DNA of 61,848 nucleotides, filler included, from Sphacelaria rigidula (GCA_964200075.2; 10 parts of 10 records of this genome joined end to end with filler, not necessarily neighbours in it); one strand, 5' to 3'. Positions 1 to 13,197 are shown, counted from the whole stretch's first letter. Notes: generated from the sequence alone by a model not told the origin. Numbers and translations are program-made.

Positions 1-780
1 TTTTCGGAAATCCGATGCGGTTGGCGAGAGTCCCTGGCAAAATCGATTTGCTGCAGCTCATAGACGGGAGGCGCTCCATTGGCTTCGTGCAAGAGAATTT
101 GTTATGATCCGCTGCCATCGAGGGTGACATCATGGAACAGAATCCAGGGCCCCACCACGTTTTGCGACTTTTCTCGGCACGAAAAGGCGGGATATCACCA
201 GTCATATAACACGCGATGACTTGCGCTTTCAAAAACAACGACGGAAACTGCGGCGAAATTGTTGAACAGAAAAGTGATTTCAAGATATCCACGGGTGCCA
301 AGTCCACACGACGAATGGTGGTATCACCTGCATTTGCGAATGAATTCGGGCACAACCTGGCTAAATCGTATATTTTACTCAAACCGCACGACTCACACTA
401 CTTTGGAGACATCTTGAACGGTGCATTTTTCCACAAATGCGACCTGTGGGCCAGCGCGCAACATTTTCAAATATTATTCTGCCATTCCATTCAGGCAACG
501 GGTGGCGGGAATGTTCCAACATGCTACACATGTAAACTTTTCGTTTCATTATCGGAACCGGCGCAGCGAAACATGTTATGAATAAAACCTTACTCTCAAT
601 CGTACTTTCAACGCTCGATTTCACGGAAACATTGTTAGGTTTGCCGGCAGGGTTTTGCACCAATGTGCGAGGTAAGCGTTTTGTCCATTAATGATGCAGA
701 CACACCCGGCCGCTGAAAACCATGAAAAGCCTTCTCTCAATCGTATCGTAGATTCTCAATCTCACGAAAACATTGTTCAC

Positions 781-878
781 CATATTTCGAAGATTTGGTG
801 TGGATACGAAAATTTTAATCCTCCGGGTTCCTCATCCCCAATGGAAGATCCATCCCCAATTTGTAAGATCCCGTGTTA
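781..878. repeat. Single truncated arm of the AACACGGG foldback element
   Basis: TATTTCGAAGATTTGGTGTGGATACG...GTAAGATCCCGTGTT matches the right arm of the 1848-2290 element. Confidence 0.85.
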
Positions 879-1376
879 GGTGCGGATAAATTTGTTTCAG
901 GATGAGCGAGGCCACACATCATCACGACCGGATAGAACGTTTGCATTTTGTTTTCGATATTACTTCGATGCTAGGGTTCCCGATGTACATCCGTGACAAG
1001 AAGTCCATCCACAATTTGTAAAATCCCGCGCGCTTACAGGGCCAAGAAGGTGTCACGAAGAAACGACCATAGAGCGCATCGGGATGATGACCGGGTGATT
1101 TCATAAACTAGGTGTTCGAATTCATCACGAATGCAAGTACGGGTAGCTGGTTTCAGAAACCAGTAGGTGTTGGATTTCCTTCCAAGAATGCAGATATAGC
1201 TGGAACCAGTTCTTGAAGTTAATTTCTAAGAATGCGAATAAATATAGCTGCTCCCCGAAATCAGGTCTCAATAGATATCTCACAGGTAAATAATGCCTCG
1301 GTCCACGTTACACTTTTCCGGGTAGAGACTGCCCGTGGCATCACTCTCGCGGGTGTTATCTACCGTTTATACGCTT

Positions 1377-1686
1377 GCCCCGGTGGTGTAATGGTCCGAC
1401 TGTCGCCATTAGGGTGGAGAGAACGGGGGTTCGATTCCCGGTGCGTTGGGTTTTTTCTTCGTAATGTATGATTTCCATCGTGGAAAGCGTGAGAACGCGA
1501 GTAAACAGAAGTAGTCGACTGGATTTGTGTGACGTGAGTTGAGACGGTGCGGGAGTGCTGATCCAATCCGCGAGATCGAAAAGAAAGGAACGTACCAGGG
1601 GAGAGATGGGTTGATCCCTTGAGACCACGGACTCATCCCGAGGAAGGGGAGGGGTACGAAGTGTGAGAAAAAAAGAAAAAAAAAAC
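1377..1686 (+). mobile_element. tRNA-derived SINE-like element
   Basis: A-box TGGTGTAATGG (1384-1394), B-box GGTTCGATTCC (1428-1438), a 3' body shared with 28127-28271 and 27505-27650, and an A-rich tail at 1668-1686. Confidence 0.65.
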
Positions 1687-1847
1687 CATACAGGTGACCA
1701 CACCCCAAAATGGCAAGGGAGAGGTTTAACCAGAATGTCCAACACTGATGAAACTTTGGGTAGGCATATTTCGTCTTGCCATATTTTCCTTGGCATGGGT
1801 AGTTAATCTTCATGACCTGTCGGTCGTAGCTGCTGGAATCTTTATCT

Positions 1848-2290
1848 AACACGGGATCTTACAAATTGGGGATGGACCTTTTAATGGGGATGAGAAACCC
1901 GGAGGATTAAAATCTTCGTATCCATACCAAATCTTCGAAATACGGTTCCATTTCTTCACCTACTCACAGCTATTGACAGCTGCTACACGCCATAGAAATT
2001 TGGATTTCGATCACCAAAATGTTGGGGTCCTAGGTGAAAAAACAATTTTGGGGGATTCCGGGTGTGCGAACGGACGCCTGAACTATTCCGATTTTTTTCT
2101 TCACCTAGGACCCCAATATTTTGGTGATCGAAATCCAAACCTCCATGGCGTGTAGCAGTTGTCAATAGCCATCAGTAGATGAAGAAATAGAGCCGTATTT
2201 CGAAGATTTGGTGTGGATACGAAGATTTTAATCCTCCGGGTTTCGCATCCCCAGTAAAAGATTCGTCCCCAATCTGTAAGATCCCGTGTT
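1848..2290. mobile_element. Foldback/MITE, 443 bp, ~200-bp imperfect TIRs (AACACGGGATCTTACA...), 4-bp TSD ATCT
   Basis: The two halves are reverse complements; atct|AACACGGG...CCCGTGTT|atct; second full copy at 31875-32316. Confidence 0.9.
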
Positions 2291-5200
2291 ATCTGGCTGT
2301 TGCACCGGCTTGTGTGACCCAATTTTCATGAAAGTTTTCTTCATCCCCATTAATTTCATGTCGTAAAATCGGTTTCCGGGTTGGGAATTTTGATCACCCA
2401 TCTTCGAATCTGACATGTTCAATGCACAACATGGTCATTATCCACTCTTTTTACGTGCGTAAACGGGCGGGTCCGAGAAACCGGGCAGGCACGCGGTCAG
2501 AATAAGGAACCAGTAATCAGACGTGTGCATCTTGTGTCAGTCATCATCACCATTATTTTATCATCAAATATCGTAGATTGTACTGTAGAAAACATTTAAA
2601 ATCCAAACCGATTCACGACCCTAGTACACACGTTCTTCGATTCCTACGCGCCTGTCCGCAAAAATCATGGATAATAATCAGATCACTACGGGGGGGCGGA
2701 GGGGGGGGGGGCACGGGCACACATACACAATACACAGAAAAGCAGCTAAGAAACACCCTTATAACGCCGTCTTCGACCACCGTTCATCTGATATTGCCTT
2801 GTCCCCCCTCCCCCCTCCGCTTGTTGGGTTCTACTAACCTCCCTCCTCTTTGGTATGATTCGCTTCGCTTCCCGCGACGGTTCCACGCTGCCAAAACAAC
2901 GGAAACGATTCATCATCTAATAATATCGTATAGAACAACAGAGAACACTTGCGAGAAGGCTGGCAAGAGAACTCTAGTTTTCCCTATTTTCTTCTCCCTC
3001 TTCTTTATTGTTGCGCCACCTGCCAAGCCAGCCGAAACGATCATGATCGAAGCCTACCACAGCGAAAAAAAGTATCGTGCACCCTTCCTTTTCTATGACA
3101 CATTTCATTGTAAACTAACAAACCATCGCGAGGTCATACGACAGGGACCTGGGTCATATCGCCAGACTTCCCAAAATAAGGAAAGGGACACACTCACTGT
3201 TGACCAGCCTTCATCCACTGCACACGTTTGAACAGCAACAACACCGCCACGGAATTGTCGCAAAAACGTCATTAAGCACAGCACGCCACCGTGGCAAGGT
3301 ATATAGCATACAGGAGGGGCCATTACTCTCAACCTCGGCATATGCTGTCCCTTTCTCCCTCCCTCCTTTGCATTTCAACAGTTGGACCTGGTTGACTGTA
3401 CGCGGCAGTCAATAAATACTATTTTCCACGACGGAAGACACAAACGGGTATCAAGTAAGAAAACTAGTGCATCAATATCCAGATCCCCAAACGATGCAGC
3501 AAAAAATGCCCGCTGAATTGTGGTGCCCCCCCCCCCGCCCTTGCATCCATTTCGCGTAGTAAGTTCTTGTAACGAAGGCTATCTACCCTCAATCGTGTCA
3601 ACATGTTTGTTGCGTGAACTGCTTCCTGATTGACCCATTCATCTCCTTGTAGAGAAAGAAGTGTAGGAAATTTTCAAATTCCGCACCCCTCCTTTTTTTT
3701 TTTTGGCAAATTTGGTGCCTCTTTTACTCGCATACCCCCCCAAATAAATATGTACTCGGTATATATCTACGTCACTCGCCACACGCCCACACGACGAGCC
3801 AACATGAAAAAGACCTCGCAAGCACAGGATACAGACGCACTCGCTGCTGTTACACCATCCATCAGTCTATGTCAAACCCGTGGTCGTAATAATCATGCTT
3901 CCCTTCCTCCTCCCGGTCTCACTCAGATCACTGTGCCTCTTTTTCACTCTCCACCTTGGGATACCGTCGGAGAAAGTGGCACGTACATCTCTCGGCGTAA
4001 AAAAAGGCTGCACACATGTAACAACAGCAGCCTTCAACTCAGTAACTAAGAGCCGGAAAATACATGTATAAAAAGTGGCGATGACATGTCGAGACCCCAT
4101 AAAACACAGGACTCGTTGCGCGGACCAGTAAGGCGGTCGATTCTTTGCACAAGGTCTCTGTTTCGTTTTATTCTTGTTTCCCTGCCTAATGCAATAAGAT
4201 AGAGACGCGAAACGGCTATCGCGTGCTCTCAATATCATCAAACAACGCCCGTTCTCTCTCCCTCCCCCGCCGCCTCCAAACGAAATAAGCAACAACCGAG
4301 GAAGGACCACAGCATATGTACCTATATTATAAGGACTATCCAAATAAATGAGATCAAAGACGGGAGTCGTGTGCAAATGAATCAAGTCGGGATATTTTGT
4401 TCGAACAAGAAGCCCATGATCAAGGTGGCTAAGTGACCAGAGACATGTAACCTCCCCCCCCCCCCCCTCCCCCTACAACTGCACCTTAAAGACTTCCCAA
4501 GGGTGCCTCTAATCAGCCAGTTGGCTGTGTTTTTTCTCCAACATTTTCCGGAAGCATGACGAAATGAACCGGTTCGCGACCAAACATGTACACGAATAAA
4601 TCTCCGAACACAACACAGCAAACAGCACAGAAGCGAAAGAAAAAAAAAGCATCCTCTGTACCAGTCTGTACCGATCCCCTCCCACCCGCCGCCCCCCCAG
4701 AAAAACACTTGACAAGGAAAAAAAACGATCAAGAGAAAAAAGAGATGAAGAGAAAGAAAATATCACCATCAAAACAAATCAAAACAAAAACGCCACAAGT
4801 CAACTCGAGGTGGGGCCCCTCGACACAAAACAACACACATGTACAAACGTGAAACCAAGCACGCTCAGCCGGCAAGTAGCCAGGTGCAGAAAAGCCTAGT
4901 ATTCGATAGATTCCTCGAACCCCCATCGATTTTTCTACCGCAGAAAAGAACGGACAAGCAAACACCCTATGGGCGTCTCGTTCAAGCCGGTCCGGTCCTG
5001 CTGCGCAACGCGACAAGCCTGCGGGGATTGTCAAGATAACTGTCCCCGGGAGCAGTTGAAATACGAGAGGGCCGATCTCTCAGCTGAAACTCCAAGTGAC
5101 ACTTTGGCTGCGTATAAACCCGTCCCCACCTGGTTGACTGAGCAGACGCTCAGTTCGTGAATGTTCACGCCACGTTGCACTGAAAGAAGGGGGATAAGAG

Positions 5201-6095
5201 GCAAAACTCGTAGGGTCATCGCATTCGAAGCGCCACGCTCAACAGCACATAGTGCTCCGTGTCTCGGCATCTTTTCAGCATCTCTTTCCACGAAAAACAT
5301 GGGCGGCGCCAACGGCAAAAACGATGCGGCATACGCACTGCGTGTACTCGCGCACAAAGCTTGTAACGGTGCGTGTACCCTTTCCGAGTACGAGGTACAC
5401 ATGCGCACTACTTAGAGAAAGTACCCGAGGCTAAGGCTTTCTGTTAAACCGAACTCAAATTCACGCACTCTTGTACGCATATATCCGTGTGCTGTTCTTG
5501 TCAGCAAAAGCTATGTACAAAGAGAGAAGGCAAACATCGTCAGAGCATGACATAGCGAAACTAACTCAAAACAACAAGAGACCTCGAGGCGTGGTGGGTG
5601 GTGCCTACCGAAACACGAAGAGTCGAATGTACAAACGTAGCTACACGCTCCAAAGCCGGAGAGCCAGAGAGCGAGCGAGCTAGAGGGAGACAGGGAGCAA
5701 AGATTAGTGAGAGCGCCAGAAAACCAACAACCAAGGAACGAACGAAGAAATGGGCCGTAGATAAGCGGGCACAGCATAATCCCAAACGAACGGGACACTA
5801 AAGACGTCGCCGACGGCAACGTGATATTGTGAGAAGAGAGAAGGGGGGACGGGGGAACGGGGGAACGGAGATTGAGACGCGACCAAGCGCGAACCAGATA
5901 AAGACGCCATCATGGAGGACGACCATTTCGTTCAAAAACATCAATCAAATCGACACAAAAAAAAGGACATGAAAAAAACAAAATACGGAAAGCACAAAAA
6001 AACACTCACGAAGGAGTGTTCATTCAAAATTCAAAACCTGAAACAAAAATCACCCCAACCCCCCACACCCCCAAGTCACCCAAAAACACCCGCAC

Positions 6096-6195
6096 NNNNN
6101 NNNNNNNNNNNNNNNNNNNNNNNNNNNNNNNNNNNNNNNTTAATTAATTAANNNNNNNNNNNNNNNNNNNNNNNNNNNNNNNNNNNNNNNNNNNN
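6096..6195. other. Artificial contig spacer (N-run/TTAATTAATTAA/N-run); the same spacer occurs at 12291-12390, 18486-18585, 24681-24780, 30876-30975, 37071-37170, 43266-43365, 49461-49560 and 55655-55754
   Basis: Identical 100-nt linker with stops in all six frames, separating pieces of 6095/6094 bp (size-sorted contigs). Confidence 0.98.
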
Positions 6196-6336
6196 CAACT
6201 ATTTGTCTCACTGATTTATTCTGAGCTGCAGACGCAACTGATTTCACGATCAGGGTGCAACCTCTGCTACTACTGTTCGCTGAACAGTAGTCGGTCTGTC
6301 GTACGGACGGTGCCACGGACACGAATTCTTCCAACA

Positions 6337-6347
6337 GGTTATGAGCC
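6337..6347 (+). promoter_or_regulatory. Primer-binding site GGTTATGAGCC (half-tRNA-iMet type)
   Basis: Directly follows the CA LTR end; complementary to the GGCTCATAACC anticodon arm of tRNA-Met. Confidence 0.75.
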
Positions 6348-6531
6348 TCGATTCGCGACCAGGCATCAGGTCATCAACCTTCGACTTGAGACTACATCGG
6401 TCAGCACCAGCGAAGGGACTTCCCATCAAGGTCGTCACTGCATCAGAAAAGTGAGAAGTGTCAAGCCTTGATATTTTTTTCATTACACAAGGTTTTAAGT
6501 GTGGTGAACATTCATACACTTTTGCAACAAG

Positions 6532-9500
6532 ATGAACAGTCAGGGAGAGCCATCTGTTGCACAACTTATCAGGAGCATCAGGAAATTTGACGGAACTAAT
6601 TTCCTCGAATGGAAGCGCCGTACGCGCGCAATGATTTCCCTGACACATCCAGGGAACTCAGATATTATGAATGGGGGTACACGTCCCGCGGAAATTTTTG
6701 ATGACGTGGAGCACATTCAAGGTGCTCAATCACCCCCGATTGCAAGACCAACATCAAGATCAACGCCGCCATACCCCCGTTCCCAAGGAACTCCACCGTC
6801 TTCATCAGAAGAGGCAGCAGAACCAGAGATCCAGCAACACGAGATTCAGTTCAGGACCCGGCAGGTAGCGGAGCGGACTTATCTCAGGAGGACACTCATG
6901 TGAGAATTGTGGCCAACAGATCTAAAATTGAGAATTGGGATCGCTGTAATGAACAGTTGTTCAATATTCTTTACTTGACAACTGCAGGCCCAGCGGGCAG
7001 TTTTCTTCTTCGCTTCGAGCCGGAGGGCCATGCAAGTCCGAATGGTAAAATTGCATGGGAGGCACTGGTCGGGAAATACGAAAAATCTTCGAAGCAACGG
7101 CGGCGTATTCTTATGCGTCAGCTAGATAGCATCAAAATGTCACCTGTACAAGATCCTGACGTGTTCCTGACCAAGGTCTACGAACTGCGTGACCAGCTGG
7201 TGTACATGGGTGAACCTATATCAGATGAAAGACTTACGGACATCGTGGTGGAAGGTTTGACAGATGACTATGATCGGAGCAAGTATGATGCGGAGCGCGA
7301 TCCTGACTTCAGCATCTCCGACATCGAAGGGACAATGAGGAATATGTATTCCAATCGCGTCGCACGCGGAATTTCGTCGGAAGGGGTACGCGGTCGAGAT
7401 TCTGCCATGATAGCGACATCATCAACTAATAATTCTTCAACTCCTACACGATTCGCGGGAAAATGTTTTTCCTGTGGTAAGCCTGCTCACTATATGCGAG
7501 ACTGTCGTTCCAAAAGACAGTCCAACAGTAGCGGCAGGTCTGTTAAATGGTGTGGTTTGCACCGATTGGACAAACATGACAATAGTGAATGTAAGAACCA
7601 AATAAACAATGGAAATACGATCGGAAACCACAGTCACCATGGTGGAAACAACGATCGTCGTCGTCAACACACCCGCCACAACAACAGCCGCTCCAGCAGC
7701 AACAACAATAATTCCGGCCCCAGAGCAAACAACATCTCCAATCATCCGAATCAAGCCAACACCGTCACCATGGATCCTGCATCAACCACTTCATCAACAA
7801 CGACGTCGGCTACTATTCCTTCGAATCACCAAGCTCAAGATACCAGCGGACCTTCATCCTTAAGAGTGACCGATTCATGCTCGCCACCGAGTGGCGTAGG
7901 CTAAACATTTTTTGCCGATCCTGAAGACAAGGACATGACTCGGCCACCGGTTTCTATATTATTCAAAATGGTATGTGATTCCGGGGCTAGCCATCACTGC
8001 ATCGACAACCAAATACTGCCGAATATTGAAGCGGAGATGTTTGACAATGTAAAACTCGACCCTCCCATGAGAACTCTGACAGCAGGCCGTCATCTACTTT
8101 GCGGAACGGGAAAAGGTGTTCTTCACTCCATCGTCTGTGATCAGCAGGGCAACCAGCACTCCGACTGCCTTCCGGCCATTATTGTGCCGGGCCTCGGCAA
8201 ACATCTCTTCTCATCTGTCGAAGCATTACTGAAAGGAGTATCAACTATATTTTCGGTAAATTCTCACGTGGATCTTGGAAGCTTCGAAATTCCTATCCGG
8301 ACCGACAATTCCGGTACGCTACACTCCCTCAACATGAAAATTATTCGGGATCAGAAGACCTCCCGCACCAACTCCGGGTCTACGTTTACAGCTGAGGTGG
8401 TTTCTGGAGACTGCATGGACCAAGGGACAGCATTTACAGCTATGGCCACCGAGGACGACCCCGCGGCTCTTTCGACCACTGTAAGTGCAGAAATATGGCA
8501 TAAACGCCTGGGTCATCCAACTGAACCAGTAATGCGTCGTATCATGAATACACCCGAGGCGGGTGTCAAGTTTACAGTTTCACTTTCTTCGTGTGACACC
8601 TGCATGCTGAACAAAAGCACCCAGCAAAACCATCCGAAGACCGCGGACTTTTCATCCGTGACTGAGCGTCTACAACTTGTGACAACGGATCTGTCAGGAC
8701 CCATCACACCGACTGCATTAGGAGGGTATAGGTATCTGGCTGAATTCACCGACCACTATAGTCGATTGAAAGTTGTATACTTTAACAAGGCAAAAACTGA
8801 GGCAATTGCTACCCTGTACAAGTATGTTCAAGACGTGACAATTCCCTTAGGACTACGAGTACACCGCCTGCGTTCGGATCAGGGGGGAGAATATATCGCA
8901 GACTACTTTCGACGATACTGCAAAACTACAGGAGTTCTCCAAGAGTTCACCTGTCCACATACTCCCCAGCAAAATGATATGTCAGAACGCGACGGAAGAA
9001 CTATTCTCAGCATAACCCGCTGCCTCTTGAACGAAGGGCACCTGCCCAAGTACCTATGGGGTGAAATAGCAACGACGGCAGTATTTCTACTGAATCGTCT
9101 ACCCCATAGTAGCATCAACGGAGAAACACCGTACAACAGGATGTGTGGAAAACAGGCGAAATTGTTGTTTCTACGCACGATAGGTTCTCATGCGTTCGTA
9201 CACAAGGAAGGACACCTCAACAAACTGGAGGACAAGGCATGGGAGGGAGTTCTAATAAGGTACGACAGCGACAGCCCTTCATACTGCATCTACGACCGGC
9301 ACTACGGCAGGATTAGTAGTTCCAGAAACGTCACATTCATTGAGCAAGCATCCGGAGCTCCAACCAATTTATGGCAAGAACCAACTCCGAATACTTGGGC
9401 CAACAATACGAGGAACACACTAATCAGAATAATTTCGACTTCAACAACAACGCTTTTGAAGGTATCAAGCAGCTGGAAAATGTCGAAGATAGTTCTACTA

Positions 9501-11280
9501 CTTCAACGCATCCAATGCGACTTCGATCTGCTGGCAGTGTGGAACAGCCTACTGCAACATCTTCAACGACTAAACAGCAGTCCAATGAACTACGTAAATT
9601 AGCTCTGACGGCGGAACATTCATCACAGCAATACATGGCGCTGGAAACTGTTCTACAGTATATCGGAACGGTTTGCATAGAAATCGTAGTGCCACCTGCA
9701 TCGGATCCAGTTCCCAACAACTGCAAACAAGCATCTTCTTCACCTTTCGCATCAAAATGGAGAGCAGCCATGTTAGACTAACTCCGCAGCATTCAAGACC
9801 ATCGCGTGGCCGACACTATTCCAGTTGGAAAAGTTCCGCCGAACAACAACATAATTGGCACGAGATGGGTCTACAAGGTCAAAGCCGACGGACGATTCAA
9901 GGCCCGACTAGTTGTACAGGGTTTGGCACAACGACACGGCTTCGACTGCGGGAGCACTTTCGCAACAGTCTGCCGACTGGAGAGTCAGCGAATCCTCCTT
10001 GCGATTGCAACTGCGAAAAACTGGCCAATAATTGCCCTCGATGTACAAACAGCCTTCTTAAACGGAAAACTAACGGAGACGGTATATTGCAAACAACCAC
10101 CGGGCTTCGAGACTACGGACCCTGCTACCGGACAACCTCATGTAATGCGCCTGTCTAGAGCGATTTATGGTCTGAGGCAATCCCGTAACGTCTGGAACTT
10201 CACCATCGACTTCGAATTGAGGAAACTGGGATTTACTGCGACAGCGAGCGACCCCTGCGTCTACACGAGAGAACAAAATGACAAGTATGTCATGCTCACG
10301 TTATTCGTCGATGACATTCTCCTAACCGGACCTTCTATCAAGATTCTTTAAGATGTTCAAGAAATGCCTGAGAACAAATTTGCTATTTCGGATCTGGGAC
10401 CCGTTTCCCTCATCCTGGGTATGGAAGTCTCGAGGGATACAGAGCGTGGAACGTTGAAACTGTCACAGCATAAATACGTCATCTCCCTACTTCAAAAGTT
10501 CAACATGGACTCCTGCAATCCGGTACACACGCCCGGCGTCAACAACAGTATTCTGCCAGTCACGGAGGGGCATCTTCTAGATCAGCAAAGTATGAAACAG
10601 TACCAAGCTATGGTGGGGAGCTTGATTTTCCTGTCTCAGTGCACGAGATTTGACGTCACCTTCAGCGTCACCCAGGTCGCTCGCTATATGAGTAGACCTA
10701 CGACACAACACTTAGCGGCTGTGAAACATATTTTCCGCTACCTCAAAGGAACCCCGGACCTACCCATCGTCTACCGCTCTTCGGGGAATAATTTGGATCT
10801 TCGAGGGTTCTGTGATAGCAATTATGGAAACAGTGGCATCGAAGGAAAGATGAGATCTACTTCGGAAACGATGTTTTTTCTATCGGGTGGACTAGTGCAT
10901 TTTTCTTCAAGCCTGCAGCGGATCACAGCTACTTCAACTACGGAAGCTGAACTCATAGCTCTGGCAAGAGGAGGAAAGTTCGGTACCTACCTTTTTAATC
11001 TTCTGCGAGAGCTCGGTTGGTCATCTATTCGACCTTCGATCACCTTCTCCGACTCCCAGGGAGCTCTCCATCTTTCTTCAAATGTGAAATACCGAAACGA
11101 AAGCAAACATCTCGCGATTCGTTTTTTCAGCTTGAAAGACCTCATCACCTATGGCAAGATCACCATAAACTATATCAGAACTACCGAACAATTGGCCGAT
11201 ATTTTAACAAACTTTTGCGAGCGGCCAATCCACCGAAGACCACTCAATGCAATCGCCGATTTCGGACAATCTCCATGGAT
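6532..11280 (+). pseudogene. Copia gag-pol polyprotein with stops and frameshift
   Basis: KFDGTNFLEWK gag start; zinc knuckle CFSCGKPAHYMRDC; protease VCDSGASHH; WHKRLGH...CDTC; integrase TTDLSGP/RLRSDQGGEY; RT IGTRWVYKVK, LDVQTAFLNG, LFVDDILL; RNase H GFCDSNY, STTEAE, QLADILT; stops at ~6901, 7902, 9779 and 10349, frameshift ~9370. Confidence 0.95.
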
Positions 11281-11526
11281 GTACCGACGGAAGGAACGAC
11301 AATACTCCAATATCGAGGCTGACGTATTAACGGACGTGCGTCATTACCAGTACGTCAGTTTTAGGCGGACGTATCGACTTCCGTACGTCAAACATTTCTA
11401 CACTGCAGGCTGGGCTCTACATCGCCCCCATCGATCCACAACTTCTCAACTCCCCAACTTCTCTCATCTCCATCATCAACTCCGGGCACCATTACTTCTT
11501 CCCATTACACCCGTTTCTTCAACACC

Positions 11527-12114
11527 GTGAGTACGCCTCGCAACACCTTCACCAGCAACAACAACAACACCAACAACCGTGGGAGAGCCTCTCGTAACAT
11601 GCGCCAACATGTGAGATACCATAACAACCGTAACTCTCGCCCACAAGCGACGAGTATTCATGGTGTCACACCACGCGCTAGGGCTCAACTAAGCACAGCC
11701 GACAACGGATCAAGACGACCGATTTCAGGGACAACAATTGACTGGGGATGCAGGAAGGATCACCTCCAGCATGTTGGCGTTCCAGGTCAGAGCTGGAGGG
11801 ACAGACGGAGAATGGTCGCAAATCTCCGACGCTTCGGGCTATTCGATGAACGTGAATATCCAACCATCTTCGATTTTCTGAGTTCCCTCAGGCAACTGTT
11901 TTTTATGGCAGACATTCATATTTTCCTGGATCCGAGAGTGCTCAACTTTTTAGTTAAAGGTTGGATCAATGAGACCCCAGATGAGTTTGATGTTTTAATC
12001 TCGAAGAGGTTACACAACCAACTGACCTCAAGATTAATTCAAGTATCGGGGTCATCATCGTCGCCCGCTAGACTCAAGTTCGGGAGAGATTTGGATGCAC
12101 AAATTGCACCTTGA
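11527..12114 (+). CDS. Unknown 195-aa ORF downstream of Copia pol
   Basis: Open frame with an N/R-rich N-terminus and a globular-looking C-terminus (EREYPTIFDFLSSLRQLFF..LDPRVLNFLVKGWINE); starts with GTG, internal ATG at 11599. Confidence 0.45.
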   Translation: MSTPRNTFTSNNNNTNNRGRASRNMRQHVRYHNNRNSRPQATSIHGVTPRARAQLSTADNGSRRPISGTTIDWGCRKDHLQHVGVPGQSWRDRRRMVANLRRFGLFDEREYPTIFDFLSSLRQLFFMADIHIFLDPRVLNFLVKGWINETPDEFDVLISKRLHNQLTSRLIQVSGSSSSPARLKFGRDLDAQIAP

Positions 12115-13074
12115 ATCATGAATATGGGTTTATTTCTAAACTCGGGCAATATACAAGTACTATAGTCAGGAGCTATCTCTTGAGAATTTATTTCTTTTGT
12201 TTGTATACAGGAAGGCTGCACATAACAGTGTTTTCGTGAGATTGAGAGTGGATGATACGATTGAGAGTGGCTTTGATCATTCGCTTTAAGNNNNNNNNNN
12301 NNNNNNNNNNNNNNNNNNNNNNNNNNNNNNNNNNTTAATTAATTAANNNNNNNNNNNNNNNNNNNNNNNNNNNNNNNNNNNNNNNNNNNNGTCGTGAAGC
12401 ACGAAACCAGTTCTAACGGCTTTTATGATCATGTTCTCCTTGCATTTTTTGGGCCGGGGGGGGGGGGGGGGGTTATCTCGGCAGCAGTCTGGGGTGAATG
12501 TGCCAGCCGGGGTCACACCGGAAAGAAGCGAGGTCACACACAGGAGTTTTTTGTTTCATAATCTCATACCATGGCGCACCCTGGATGATGGCGATAGATT
12601 ACATGGTCAAAAAGTGTACGTGCTGCGTACAGTATCGACTATTGCGTTTATTGCAATAGACAATAGATTCCACTTTGTACGCAGTACACACACCATTTTA
12701 TATATAATGTAATATTTGGTCACTATCTAGAGTGTATACCATGGATAATGACCAAATATTACAGGCGTCAAAAAGTGTACCGCGTCTGTTTTCGATACGG
12801 CCTCACCAAAATACCCCAAAGCTGAGGTGGGTAATGACAGGTCGTAAAAATGGTGGGGAAACAAGAAAACTGGTTGGGTGACTGCGTGCTGTAGCACGCA
12901 GGGAGAGTTTGTTCACAATCTTACCGGAACATCTACCGTGGAAATTTTCATTTTAGGCTTAGGTGACTCAACACCAACGCAGTAAGGCATGCGAAAAACG
13001 GTGTGTATACGTCCTTTCTCACCGCCAGCCTGCGAAAAAAGGGGCGGGGGAGGCGGGCGGGGGGCGGGGGGGGG

Positions 13075-13197
13075 GTACTCGTCTGGTGCCGCCTTATTGT
13101 AGTGGCTTTTAACCATTGACCACGCATCCCTTTCGAGATGGAGCACCGTTCCTAACCCTAATAGAGACACCTATTCGATATTTTGACGCTCATTTCG
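13075..13197 (-). mobile_element. 5'-truncated 3' end of the poly(C)-ended LINE family
   Basis: Matches 45301-45420; G-rich tracts on both flanks. Confidence 0.8.

Larger units (their letters stand above)
6196..12290 (+). mobile_element. Ty1/Copia LTR retrotransposon, disabled (end of 5' LTR, PBS, gag-pol, extra 3' ORF; 3' LTR not seen)
   Basis: LTR end ...CCAACA (6336), then PBS, then domains in Copia order PR-IN-RT-RH. Confidence 0.95.

Noticed and set aside
1377..1450. Functional tRNA gene
   Set aside because: A and B boxes are present, but no convincing acceptor or anticodon stems; linked to a repeated tail, so treated as a SINE head
2578..6095. ORFs of 60-217 aa in contig 1
   Set aside because: Low-complexity, A-rich, no recognisable domains or splice-consistent exons
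6096..6195. Regularly spaced TTAATTAATTAA palindromes, and any synteny between neighbouring segments
   Set aside because: Assembly linkers between unrelated contigs; ORFs running into them (X-runs) are artefacts
11528..11537. TGAGTACGCC as another LINE micro-insertion
   Set aside because: No C-run and no convincing TSD; likely chance
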